Positions 24,355 through 36,764 of a DNA stretch of 64,000 nt are shown piece by piece; position 1 is the stretch's first letter; every line of letters begins with the position of its first letter. A program made the position numbers and the translations under genes. Below the pieces are notes generated by a model that worked only from the letters and a program-made list of their open reading frames with translations, made no database searches and had not been told where the DNA came from. The stretch is from Raja brachyura (lineage: Eukaryota), in the NCBI GenBank assembly GCA_963514005.1, contig OY740789.1, positions 72,912,001 through 72,976,000 of the forward strand, given 5' to 3'.

Positions 24355-26246
24355 CTAGGGTGACACACAAAACAAATAAAAACATAATTACAAGATTAGT
24401 ATCCACTATTGATACCTTTTTTTGTAGTTCAGTCTCAATCTACAACAAGTTTATTAACGTTATTTTCATCTGTCAGTTTCCAGTAATGAAATGTGCAAAT
24501 AAACAAATTCCCTCAAATAATGTTGCTCCTTAAATGGTTACTGTGAGGTGTGCAACCTCAGCTTGGGGGAGTCACTTCTTATGTGTATTCCCATGAACTG
24601 CCAGGCTATCATCCAGAGCTCAATGATCAGGTATGAAAAAGTAACATGTGAGGAATGTCAAGAAATATCATAAAACACAAAATGCTGGAGTAACTCAGGA
24701 CTGGAGAGAAAGAAACGTCACCCTTTCCTTCTCTCCAGAGATGCTGCCTGTCCTGCTGAGTTACTCCAACATTTTGTGTCTATCTAACACAGCATCTGCA
24801 GTTCTTTCCTACACATCAAGAAACATTTCCTGTACTGTAAATTAATTGTAATTACATGGAAATCCTCATAATAACAAACATGGCTCACATAACATCAGTT
24901 AATCTTATCTCATATGTTGTTATAGCACACTTGTGTGGCCAAGCACTCTCTAAAACAGGAATCTGGGAACAATGAGAAGGATGGTCAAGCTGATCTTCAA
25001 CCAGCTAGGCCGCCAGACATTCAGTCGGAGCTCACAGGTTAGTGTTACTAAGACAAGAACCGGTGTTACTGATCAGTGATTGAATATTCAACATAAATAT
25101 CGGTTCAGGGAAAGAAGAAGAATAGGGAAGTAGACTCATTGTAGTCTTGGTTTCTTGCCTCTCCTTTATTTGGAGGGGTGCATTCAAAGCCTCCCTCAAG
25201 GACTTTGATCCATTGAGGTGACTTACAGTGGCTGGGTGGGAGGGATATTCAACTGATCAAGCAGAGAGGTTTCTGGAAGGCCACAGCGGGGGCATAACCA
25301 ATCAGCAGCATTATTAGCAGGAAGAACCTTAACAGCAGCCAGCCAGGATCACAACCAGCAAAAGCTTACATTGTGAGCTCCAATCAAAGGTGTAGAAAGA
25401 AACAGCACCACCTGAGATGGAGACCAACCTTCATGAAGAGTAGAGAACCCCACACTCTGGAAGCCCAATGAAGATACCGGTGACAAACACCAAATGTGAC
25501 AGGTGGTAATTTGGGACTCAGATTGATTGAGCCTAAAGTATTGCATGATTAACTGTGTGGATGCATGTGTGTGTGAATAAAGCTGTCTTTGCACTAGGAA
25601 CTGATAATCTCAAAACTATAAAGCACTGGGTAAAGCAATGCCAAAAGTAACATTCGTCAAAGTGCTCAGAAAGAGTTGAGGCAACAGTTATCAAATATAG
25701 CTTTAACCATTCTCATCAACCAAAGTACCAAGATAAATCAATACTAACTTAGAATGATTGAAGTTGAATTAGGGTTGAATCCCCAGACCCTCAAAGCTTC
25801 TTCAGATGTCAGGAGTTATGAGGATAAGGCAGGAGAATGGAGCTAGGAGAGATATATCAACCATGATGGAATGGCGTAGACTTGATTAGCCGAATGGCCT
25901 AATTCTGCTCCTATTCCTCATGACCATATGACTAACAACTGCAATGGTGTTGAAAGTGAATGACTGGGTGGGGAGGGGGTGCTAATTGTCCATCTTTATC
26001 TGTTGTCAGCCAGAAAGACCACTTTCATCAGATTTCGACTGATGGGCGTTAACCAATATACAGTACATCCTGGAAACGGAAGTCTGAATGCATCTATTAT
26101 TTTTATAAGATCACAATTTTCTCCTCCATTTGAAATCTCCCTTCCACTAATGTATTGGGACAATGGCATATACTGAAAACCTGAGTTCTCTGTATTTTAA
26201 AACATACTATGGAAATCAGAAAAGGAAATACTGATGTAGTGCTTAC

Positions 26247-26438
26247 CAACTGAAACAGTGGCCACGTTCAATCTGGCATCGTTGCCTTGACACGCATCAG
26301 CCAAACTGAAGCTTGAGGCCTCCATACCAGGTCTAGTGGTCAACTGTGTAGACGTTGTCAGTGTAGAACTGAGTGATCCCGCAATAGTAAAGTTATTTAC
26401 CTGAAGTGGCACTGGCAAGCCTTGCAGTTGTATAGTAA
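26247..26438 (-). CDS. mga: MGA-like exon (192 bp, phase 1-1)
   Basis: Polypyrimidine tract + GGGCAG acceptor, GTAAGC donor. Open frame VTIQLQGLPVPLQV...; phase-compatible but skippable. Confidence 0.65.
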
Positions 26439-26558
26439 CTGCCCAAAGGGATAGGGAGAGAGTGAGACAAAGGGAGAAGTGAGGGGAGGGGGGGGGGAGG
26501 GGAAGCCTTTCACAAATGTGGAGCACAATGAAGATCCAGCTGAAACTCATAGCAATAC

Positions 26559-26735
26559 CTGCAATACTTGCTCCAGTAACACCATCTCCCTTGGACTGGT
26601 TTTCACTTAGGAGTCCCTCAGCAGTGAAGAATGGAGTTTGGCCGGAAATAAGAGGACCCTTTAAAGTCGGAACCTGACCCTGTGGTGTCATCAGCAAACT
26701 TCCAGTTGTCAGCGGGATGGATGAGGTTGAAGACT
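26559..26735 (-). CDS. mga: MGA-like exon (177 bp, phase 1-1)
   Basis: TTTTGACAG acceptor, GTATTG donor. SLLMTPQGQVPTLKGPLISG matches MGA NLVMTPQGQLLTLKGPLFSG. Confidence 0.88.
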
Positions 26736-27765
26736 CTGTCAAAAAATCAACATCCCGATGAAGACATTTCATTTCTAATCATGCATCTAATAGTTCAAAT
26801 TTCTTCCTCTTCTCTGTTCTTTGTCATCACTCACTGTTCTCTCCCACATATCATCCAGTGATGATATCTTTCTGACCCTTCATTATATATTCACATCACC
26901 CTCCAATGACCTAATAACAAACCTATTGCGTGTGTTCCAAACTTTCCCCCGATTATGTTTCCACCACCCCACGACAGAACAATTACTCACAGTTCAAACA
27001 AACAGTTCAAACAAATCAGTCGCCAAGTCAGAAACTCTCCCTGATCCTCTCACCTCTTTCCCCAATGCATGACCCACTTGCTCAGAGAGCTCTGCAATGG
27101 CTAAAACCCACAAAGAAAAGGCATCGACACAAACTTAAACAAGACGTGATAAACAGCACATTGACTTTGTGCACATAAGACTCATGCTGCAGGGGGGCTC
27201 TATAAAGTTATATGGGTCTTTACACTGTTGTTTTCATGTATCTTTTAGGTCTTGTTATAATTTTTGGCCAATACCCAAACTGGTGTCAGGAATTTCTCCT
27301 TCACCTTAGATCAACAAATCTATTTGACTTTTTCTTATGTCAAATCTCTTGAAAGGAGAGAAAGTCAAAACTCCTTGATCTTACCCACAGCACCAAATGC
27401 CAATTTAGCATGAGAGAGGCAGAAGCCTTGCAGTTAAGTGTGCGTCTGCAGTTAAATTGTCCCCAGTGTGTATGTAGGATAGTGTTAATGTGCGGGGATC
27501 GCTGGTCAGTGCGGGTTCGATGGGCCAAAGGGCCTGTTTCCGTCCTGTATCTCTAAACCAAACCAAAACCAATTGCAGAATTGCATTGTTCTCCTCAACA
27601 CAATAATAAAAATTGTCAATACACAACTACATTTTCCTTCTTAAAACCTGTACATACGTATCCCCATTCAAGGCGTGCCTGTCTCTCCCAAATTGCCTCA
27701 AACATCCTCAAAATTATTTCATTATCTTTGTAGAAGGTAGCAACAGAAAGGAAACAAAACAATAA

Positions 27766-28796
27766 TTTTATATCGAAGTCTCGTGATAAGACTATGTGAA
27801 GAACCCGCCAGCCTGCATGCACGTCAATACGTCAACACATGGCGGGTAACTAATTTTTTGTTCCAGGAACTGCCCGCTGCTCCGTTAATTAGGTGCAGCG
27901 GGCTTGGAGAAGCTGACGGGCGTGGCCTGGTGCAGCTACTCGAGAAGCTGACAGGCGCGGCCGCACAGCTACCGCAATCAGGCTCCGAAAGGGAGCAGGC
28001 GGCCGGACTCGAGAAGCTGACATGCGGCCCGTGCAGACACCTCCATTGAAGCTCCGAAAGGGAGCCAGCCAGATGCCTGAGGAAGCAACACCTGGCTCAG
28101 GGTTGCGTTATATTCCTCCCCTCAGATACTCCGTTGAGGCACCAGAAGTGAGCAAGGTAGGACTCGGAGTCACTAGCAGGCACAACCTGTCCAGTGAGCA
28201 AAAAAAAAAGGAAATGTGCTCCTGGCTCAGGAGACACTTACACAGGCTGTGCCAGGCAGATGCCTGTGGAAGCAACACCTGGCTCAGGGTTGCATTATAA
28301 TATCTCCCGCTCAGAAGAGGGGATGCAACACCTGACTCAGGGTTGATTTATTATATCTCCCACTCAGAAGAGGGAGTGTTGGAGATTATTACATTGGTGA
28401 CTCCGACTATGGGGGGGGTTTTCATATTTTGACCTTGGATAAATAATAAGTAGCTCTTGCTCTTGTGTTCCACTGCCAACATGTACTTTTTTTTAAACCA
28501 TAACAATAATCTTGTTTTGGCTACTGAGTGGCAAATATGCTTTCTTTTTATGTTGGGTGCAGTTGTTAGGAGAGATGGGGGTAGGGAAGGGATTAGGTAG
28601 CGTACTGACTGTCCATTGGTCAGTTTCGGGCTTTGGATGGGTTGGTGGGGGGGGGGTCTTTTGCTTTTAGCTTAGTTTTTTTCATCTGTGCAGAATCTGA
28701 ACTACAGAAATGTCTGAAATGTCGTCACTTTTGGCACCACCCTAGATTTTTCTTCTTCCAGTATCATGAACTATTACGCTTTTTTTGTGTTTGTTT

Positions 28797-28827
<31 letters not shown>

Positions 28828-31800
28828 AGCTTTCTTTTAAACATTTAACTACATTTACATAGAAACCGGGAGGTCTATATTCAATGTGTTTTTTGACACT
28901 GGACTCATATTTAGGTTATACCTGTTATTAATGTAATCCTGATTCCTTTGTATCAATATCATTGCTATGTTTATCATTCTTCTTTTTTATGTTGTTTTGG
29001 TTTTTTTGTGGAAAAAAGCTAATAAAAAGATTTTAAAAGAAAGGAAGGAGATCCACTGGAGGATAAAGTGGCTAAGAGCATCAGTGATTTAACTTCTCAT
29101 TAGCTAAGGAGAGGAATATGCTGGATACGGCTGGGAAATATGTCAGTCCAGATAAATGCCAGACTTTGGATGTTCTATAAGTCAATCTCAATATTTGGGA
29201 TATCTCAGTGGTGATACGCAGGCAAATAATTATTTCACCGAGTCCAAAGACTGCTCACTGGAGTCATTACGGCGTTTGCAAGGTCAGTAGATGGGTCTCA
29301 GCTCTCAGAAGTGCAGAAAGATGCATTAGCGCTTCTATGTAATACGCAGTTGGAGCTAATTGCCTTTGCAAAATGCTATAAGGCATGAGATATCCCTAAA
29401 ATTGCTCATTTTTGCAGGGCCAGTAACGTGCAGCCAGCATAATATCTCTTCGGAGAGGACTTATGTAGCACGTTAAAGACTTATAGGGGGAATTTAAGGC
29501 GGCTGCGGGGGTGGAATACCATCCTATGTGGGTAAGGCTCCAGTATTCTGGCGGGCATTTCACCCTTATATAACAAGGGGCAGGAAGCGCCATTGAAGCT
29601 CTGGAAAGGAGCAGTCGGGAGTCACTAGCTGGCCCCGCAAGAGCAACCTATTGAACCAGGCTTGCAGTAGTGGCAGGCGTGACCTGTTCAGTAAGCCCTG
29701 CTGAGGCTCCAAAGGAGCAGCTGGCCAAAGGAGCAGTAGGCCAAAGGTGCAGCCTGTCAATCCAGGCTGGGAGAAACTGGCAGCGTGATCTGCAGTCAGC
29801 TCCAGCTGAAAATGGCAGAAGGCCCGCAGGAGCAGCCTGTCGAGTGAGGCTCGGGGCAATGGCAGGCGCAGCCTGTTCAGTGAGCTCCGCTAAAGCTCCG
29901 AAGGAGCAGAAGGGGCCGAAGGAGTGGCCTGTCAAACCAGGCTGGGAGTAACTGGTAGCGTGTCCTGCACAGTAAGCTCCAGCAAGGCTCCAAAGAGACT
30001 GTAGGCCGGAGGAGCAGTCTGTCCCATTGGGCTCAGAAATGCTGGCAGACGTGTCTTGTACAGCAATGTCGCTTTTGAGTTCCGGAAGGGAGCTGTTTGG
30101 CAAACGTGGGGCTGAAGATGTGGTCAGACATGGTCTGCAATGGAACTTTGTTGAAGCTCCAACAAAGAGGTCGACCTGGGCTCAGAGACACTGCAGGTAA
30201 GGTCTCTTTACTAACCTCTGTAAAAACTCTGAAATTGAGCAGTCTGTCGACCAGGTTTGTATTTACTGTCAGCATAGTCTGTCTAGTACCTTTCAGTATC
30301 TCTGGAGAAGAGCAGGTTGATGCAGAGACATTGGCAGGGTGCCTTGCATAAACAACCTCTGTAAGCTCCAAGTAGGAACACTTTGGCTACCCTGGTTCAG
30401 GGTAGACCAACTTGAAACTGGCTGTCCATATGGAACATATTGGCCAGGGAAGCACCGCCTCGACATCTGTGATTGAGGTTATCAGGCTGCTCAGCAGAGG
30501 GGGATAGTTTGAGGATTCCCTCAACACATGCTTAATTCTTTCAGCTCGGCTAGTAGAGTTGCCAGCTCGCTGGAACATCATTTGCCATCCTCTCGGGGAT
30601 TGGTAGCTACCAGCAGAAGGCCTATCTGGCATGTAGCATTTTTTATCTGACTTGCAGGTTCATGTTGTAATAGCAAATATATAATATTAATCTGTAGCCT
30701 CTGTAATCTGTAATCTGAGAGGCTGGTCGCATAGAATGTGTTGGGCACACTGGCGACTGAGACAGGTGGTTTCAGTCAGAGGACTGCGAAGCAATTCCTG
30801 GTTCAGAGTTGCATTATGATATTTTCATAAATGCAAATATCTGTTGAGGGCTGTTGAGGATTCGTGGTGACTCTGACGGTGAGGAGTTGACAGGGAACTC
30901 GTATTCCCACATCTAGTGGATGTTCCGCTCTGATATATGTTATGATTCTGCCAGACACTGGAGCTTCGTAGGTTTTGGTCACCAGTTGAAGCAAAAAAAG
31001 TCTAAAGGCCTTATACCCCAGAAAGTTATGAGTTTTCTCAGGGAAGGATTGGCCTTTACGAGGTCAGTAGAGGGAATTATGCTGTCTGATTTACAGTGGA
31101 CACTTTAGCACTTTTGTGTATTTGCAGTCTAAACTCAATTGTGCTCAGATGGTATAGGCCTGAAGTCTATCCAATTTATGTTAATTTAGTGCAAAAGAAT
31201 TTCAAGGCTGCGGTGGGCGTAGTAAATACACCCTCGGAGGGTAAGACTCCTGTTTACATTCATATGGTTCAAAGAGGAAACTATGGCTATCCAAGTGGAA
31301 CAGAAACATCTCACACAGGAAGAGCAGTCTGCCCAAGAACTAGAGGGGTATATTCTAATATTTTCTCAAGGTTGAAGAAAAATGGAGGATGCCAAATCAG
31401 GCTTCGATTTGGCAAGTCTGATCATGTGGTTGGTATAACCAGTTTAAGATGGATAATTGTCATTCAGCAATTTGGCTGATTACAGAGGATTTAGGGCCTA
31501 AATCAATCTTGAAGATACATACCGTTCCATATCAATACACGAGAGGGCATTTTGTCACAGAGTTTATAGACAACATGAATTATAGTAATGCCATTTTGGC
31601 CTACTCACCCAGGGCTTCCATTGTAGATAAGTCTGCTGAAAGAAGCTCCTTTATTTACTCGAAGACACGAGTGGTGGCTAGTTCAGCCTATTTCTCATGC
31701 ATGTATCATTGCATGATTGTATGGGAAGTTTGTGAAGAGATGCATGTGAGCTAGTTTAAACAGAAGTAGCAGAGGTTTGTGGTTTCTTTCAGTTTGGGTT

Positions 31801-32943
31801 TAAGAGAAGCAATTATGTTATAGCACAATTGACACTGCTCTTGTTGCTTTGTCATTGTATCTAGTTCTATAAGTGGGACAACAAATGATTGGTTATTCAC
31901 CCACAAGGTTATGAAAGGTGTCGTTTATATGAACACTCTGAAGCCTACATTCAAAGTAGTGTGGAAATTGTAATCAGTATAAATTATTATGCAGATATAC
32001 ATCAACTGTATTCCTAATGTTCGTGCAGTATCTTTTAAGTTAATTATGCTTATGATAACTGATTTCAGCACAAAGAGCACAGTCTTTACACAATCTCCAT
32101 CTGGATCTCTGGGTCATATGTGACATAAGGGTCGTTTTTTAATGGGAATGAGCTCATAAAGCAAGGTACTCTGAGCTTACTAGTACCTATGAAACAAAGG
32201 ATAGCTTCTTTATAGTTATTTAATAGTTTCACAAGAGATTGTTGGTGCAGACTATTTCAAGGTGAATAGAGTGTGAGCGGAGGGGGGCTGGCATTAGCAG
32301 CCAAATTAATGGAATTTCTCCTTTGATCATCTTCTTGCAACAGCAGGAGGCTCAGATAAGCACACTTTCAGAAGTTATAACATCTTGATGAACATGTCTG
32401 AATGGTTGCAGATAGAATTCTGAACAGTGCTGCATGAGCTATTGTCTAACCCAAAGGCAATTGGGACTGTGGTCCGATTAAGGGCAATGTACATGTATGC
32501 AAGTTAGCATCATGTACCAATTTATACAAAACAATTTATGGTTTATCTGTTTAGTGTTTTCACACACAGATTGGTTTACTGCATGAACCATAAAGAGCTT
32601 CGAAGGTTTCACGTAGTCTCATCACGAGACTTTGATATAAAATAGAAAGATTAAACAAAAACTTACTGTTTGAAGTTAGATCTTTATTTTATGAGAAGTT
32701 GGTGTGTGGGACTACGTGTCCTCCTCTCCAAACCCTGAATCTCATAAAGATCATTTCGTAAGTCAAGCGTTATTAATCTTTCTATAGTTTAAGTTCGTGC
32801 AAGTGCTCTGTGGTTTCATACAGTTGCTTTGAAGATTGACGCGCATGCGGGGGTGGCGGATTCTTCACGTGGTCCCTCACTCCAACTTCTCGCAAAATAA
32901 AGATCAAACTTCAAACGGTACGTTTTTGTTTAATCTTTCTATT
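27766..32943 (+). mobile_element. DIRS1-type retrotransposon, degenerate copy 2, in MGA intron
   Basis: Left end TTTTATATCGAAGTCTCGTGATAAGACTATGTGAA is complementary to the ICR at ~32609-32643. The rest of the ICR is complementary to the right end (..CAAACGGTACG..TTTAATCTTTCTA). RT remnant GVYSNIFSRLKKNGGC; collinear with copy 1. Confidence 0.85.
28412..29045 (+). mobile_element. Probable LINE 3' UTR fragment nested in DIRS copy 2
   Basis: Absent from DIRS copy 1 at the homologous position (after GACTCCGA.TATGGG). T-rich, with AATAAA and an A-rich end. Confidence 0.5.
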
Positions 32944-33299
32944 ATCTTCCACTATTTCTACAACATTTCATTGTGTATCAGCAAAACTGAATGTGGAAAA
33001 TATTTTATGCAGCAAATTATGCAGATGAAAAGTCTTCAGTAGATAGGGTCTTCAAGACACCTTTAACACTGGAGGGCTCCACCCAACTCTCCTGTTACTC
33101 AGCAATGGAGAGGACAGACGTAGACTGCAAATTAATAAAAAGGGAACAGAAAAAAGATATACCCAACAACTGTATTTAGAAATTGCTTAATGTTGTTTAC
33201 CAACTATAGATTTCAAAATAACAGTGTTACACCCAGTGGCTTCCACAATGTGCAATTATACAAAAACATTATACTACCGAAAGAGGCAAAATTACATAC

Positions 33300-33581
33300 G
33301 GGGAGTTGATGAATGTTTCATGGTGAGAATAAGAGGTTTTGCACGACTAGCCTCAGACATTAAGTCCTGTCCACTACAAAGCATAGTGACATTGGGTGGA
33401 TTCTGGATTTGAAAATCCATGGCCACCTTCTGTAGAGAGTGCATAGATGATATAGATGCTGTATTCCCACTGACAGAATGCTGTTCACTTGCATCATCTC
33501 CTTCCTGCATGGACGTTCTCTTCTCAACATCTAGTGCGCAGTTATATTCCAGATTTTTCAAAATAACTTCCACAGTCTGCC
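33300..33581 (-). CDS. mga: MGA-like exon (282 bp, phase 1-1), post-zipper
   Basis: TTTGTAG acceptor, GTATGT donor. GQTVEVILKNLEY matches MGA GKTEEVVLKKLEY; RAKPLIL matches RGKPLIL. Confidence 0.88.
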
Positions 33582-33653
33582 CTACAAACAAAACATGTAA
33601 TAAAATAAATACAGCAAAGATTAAAGTTGACATGAACATTAACATCCTGAGCA

Positions 33654-35211
33654 TCTATACATACCTAAAACTCTGATCTTGTGCTCTTCCGGTTTGCGGG
33701 TTTTTTTTTGTTTGCGCAAAAACAGTACATGATAGCGCTACGATTTTTCATCAGGTTACTCACCGTTCTCCTGTCCTGCGAGTGCACCAAGTTTTGTTCC
33801 AATCGGTGGTATATTGAAAAACTTATCGAGGTTGAAAAATCTTAAAAAACGCGTGTGCGCAGATTCCTTCAGTCAGCACCACGCAGATTGGATTCTTATC
33901 CTGTCAGTCAATGCCACGGTCGGGATGGCACACCCCTTCCTGCCCCACTGACGGCGGCCTGTCCAGGGACAACTCACAAACTCCTCTCTCCCCTCCTCAC
34001 AGTAACTTGTCTATCATCTCCCCCACCACCGGCGGCAGCCGCGGTGGGGGGGGGGGGGGGGTGTGTGTTCAGTGGAGGCCCAGTGGAGGCCTTGGTCCTG
34101 TCTCTCTCTCCCTCATCACACACCCCTCTCCCCTGCCCGCCCTCTGCGGCAATGGCAGTTCCATCTACCCGTCCCCCCCAGGTCTGTCTCCGCCGCCGCC
34201 ATTGCGGTAATTCATCCTCATGGCCTTCTCGGAGTTCTTCTCCACCAGCTCATCGAAACTCGTGGTGCCCACCATGATGCACACCGTCGCAATCCCCCCT
34301 CCCCCCGTGGCCCGGTGGCAGCAGTGAGCAGGCAGGTGGGTGGGCAGGGCAGGGACGGGCCAAGTGGCAGCAGGGGGCGGGCGAGCAGGGCGGGTGCGGG
34401 CTGAGCTGCTGCAACGGGCAGTCGGACAGGCTGGGGATGGGCTGAGCACGGCTGAGCCGGAGTGGGCAGAGGGAGGGAGGGAGAGTCGCGTTGCAGGGTG
34501 GCCAAGCAGTTTGCGCGGAGTTTGAGTAACTCACACACACAAATGCAAACTGGTCCAATCGTCAAGTCAACGGGATCTAAACTACAGCTAACAATGAATG
34601 ACCTATGGAGGAAGGAACTGCAGATGCTGCTTTTTATGGATGGAGGGAGTGACTGAGGGTAGGGGAAAGGAGAGGGAGGGAGAGGTGAGGGAGAGATTGG
34701 GGAGGGGAGGAGGAGAGGGGAACGATCATGGGTAGGTGAGGACGGGTGTGGGGGGATTGAGGAAGAGGAAGGGGTAGGGAGGGAGAGGGGGAGAGTGGGG
34801 GAGGTGAGGAAAGTGGGGGAGGAGGGGGAATAGAGGGAGAGGAGGGGGATTGGGGAGGAAGGGGAGTGGGGGGGTAGAGGAAGGTGAGGAGTGGGGGATA
34901 GAGGGATGGATGGGGGTAGGGAGGGGAGAGGAGTTATGGAGGGAGGGAGGGAGTGACTGAGGGTAGGGGAAAGGAGAGGGAGAGGTGATGGGGGATTGGG
35001 AGGGGAGGAGAGGGGAAAGAAGCGGGAGGGTGAAGGGGAGGGAGTGCTGGGGGATGAGGGGAAATGAGCCTGTGCAGTTGGGGGCTATGCATGAGTGGGG
35101 GGACGGGTTGCATTGGGGGAACGGATGAGTGATGGAATATTGCATTGGGCAGCGGGTTGTGTTGGGGGAGCTCCCTTGTGACAGGGACCCAACGGGTCCC
35201 TCTCAGTCTAG
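33654..35211 (+). mobile_element. Complete non-autonomous Helitron-like element (1.56 kb)
   Basis: A|TCTATACATAC 5' end, GGGACCCAACGGGTCCC hairpin followed by CTAG|T 3' end, no TSD. Both ends are homologous to 53290-54626. Confidence 0.85.
34212..34293 (-). pseudogene. Captured ALG13 exon-1-like fragment inside the Helitron
   Basis: Translates IATVCIMVGTTSFDELVEKNSEKAMRM, resembling the ALG13 N-terminus (MKxVFVTVGTTSFDxL). Confidence 0.6.
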
Positions 35212-35303
35212 TTCTCTTCTTAATTCTGCATCTCATGTCAACAAGTTAGGCCGGACGCATGTCTGTGAGCGGATGGCAGGCCACATCTATTACGTGTACA
35301 CAT

Positions 35304-36752
35304 CAGGCACGTGCCGTGAGTAATTACTCAGGGTAGGCACGCAGTCCGCTTAAAAAATATATAAACCGCGCATGCGCAGATTGTTCTCTCCGTTAAATAA
35401 ATAAATAAAACGTGTCAATTCAATTTGCCCAAGGCTTCCCAGTCTCCATTATTCTGAATTACTGAATTGGGGGGGGGGGGGGGGGGGGGTGAAGGGTGAT
35501 GGCAGATGGAGAGATGATGGGAAAAAAATTCAGGGAATAGTTGAATTAGTTGTCATCTTATTGAATGACAACACTTGTTCAAGGGACCAATTGGGGGAAC
35601 AGTTCCTTTCACAGCATGTGGAGAGTCTGTGTCAGGGGTAAAGTTGTGGGGAGGGCACGAGTGTTGAGAAGGAGGGTGTCAGGGATACTGCCAGTAACTC
35701 ACTCACTCACCGCTACCGCTGCTCTCCGGGCGTGAAGCCACGCACTGTAGCTGGGGATAGAAGCAGCTCGGGGAGCTGCGAGCAGCCACCGGGACCTGAC
35801 AGCAGAACTGGCCGCCACTTCAGCGCCTTCTGCCGGCCCGCTCACCTTTCGCAGTGCTCTCCGTCGGAACACCTGTCACCTGCCGTTCGCCGACTTCGCT
35901 CATGTCAGCGGTTTCCTGCAAATTCTTAAATTCCCACAGCCGAGTAATTCGCTGTCGGAATTTAAGGACATGAGTGAGGCCAGCGAGCGGCAGGAGAGAG
36001 GTTTTTAGACGGAGAGCTGCCAGAGGTGAGCGGGGACCGCCAGAAGGAGCTAAGGTGGCGGCTGGTTCCGCTGTCCGGCCCGGCGGCCGCTCAGCCACCC
36101 GAGCTACTTCTCTCCCCACCCCCCCACCCCCCCCCCGGCCTCAATGCGGTGGCATTCGGGAGCGTCGCAAGTGGCATTATCCCAATCCCCTCCTTCATAA
36201 CATTTGTGCCCTCCCTGCAACTTTACCCGGGGCCAGACTCCCCAAACGCTCGGAAAGCAGCTCTCCCCCCCAACCCCACACCCCGGGAAATACGGTATTT
36301 ATAAACATCACCAAGAAATGTACTTACCACATCGTTGGTACAAGAGCTCCATTCTTCTCTTTTTGTTACCTAACATACACTTAAAATATTGACAAACCAT
36401 ATTTGAAAACCCCGCCAAGAAACTTGCGCTGCGCATGCGCAGTAGACTGATGCGCATGCGCAGGGCTGCAAAGGCAGAATTTCAGCTGCCTTCAGCCCCG
36501 CTTGAAATTGACGGCTTCAGGCAGCGCTGACGGCACGTGGCTGCACAGAGCTTCCCGTGTTACAAACGCTGCGGATGAAAGGCACGGAGAATTATGCACG
36601 GATGAAAGGCACGGAGAATTATGTAAGAGATCGGTCTCTTACATAGGCATAATTCTCCCATGCCTTTACTATTTATATTTAGTAATGACTATGTTATAAT
36701 TTTAGTCAGGGTAGGCAGTGCCTACCTTGCCTACCCTGATGGCACGTGCCTG
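35304..36752. mobile_element. Non-autonomous hAT DNA transposon (1449 bp)
   Basis: TIR CAGGCACGTGCC / GGCACGTGCCTG, perfect 8-bp TSD GTACACAT (35296-35303, 36753-36760), subterminal CAGGGTAGGCA repeats. Confidence 0.9.
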
Positions 36753-36764
36753 GTACACATGGAT

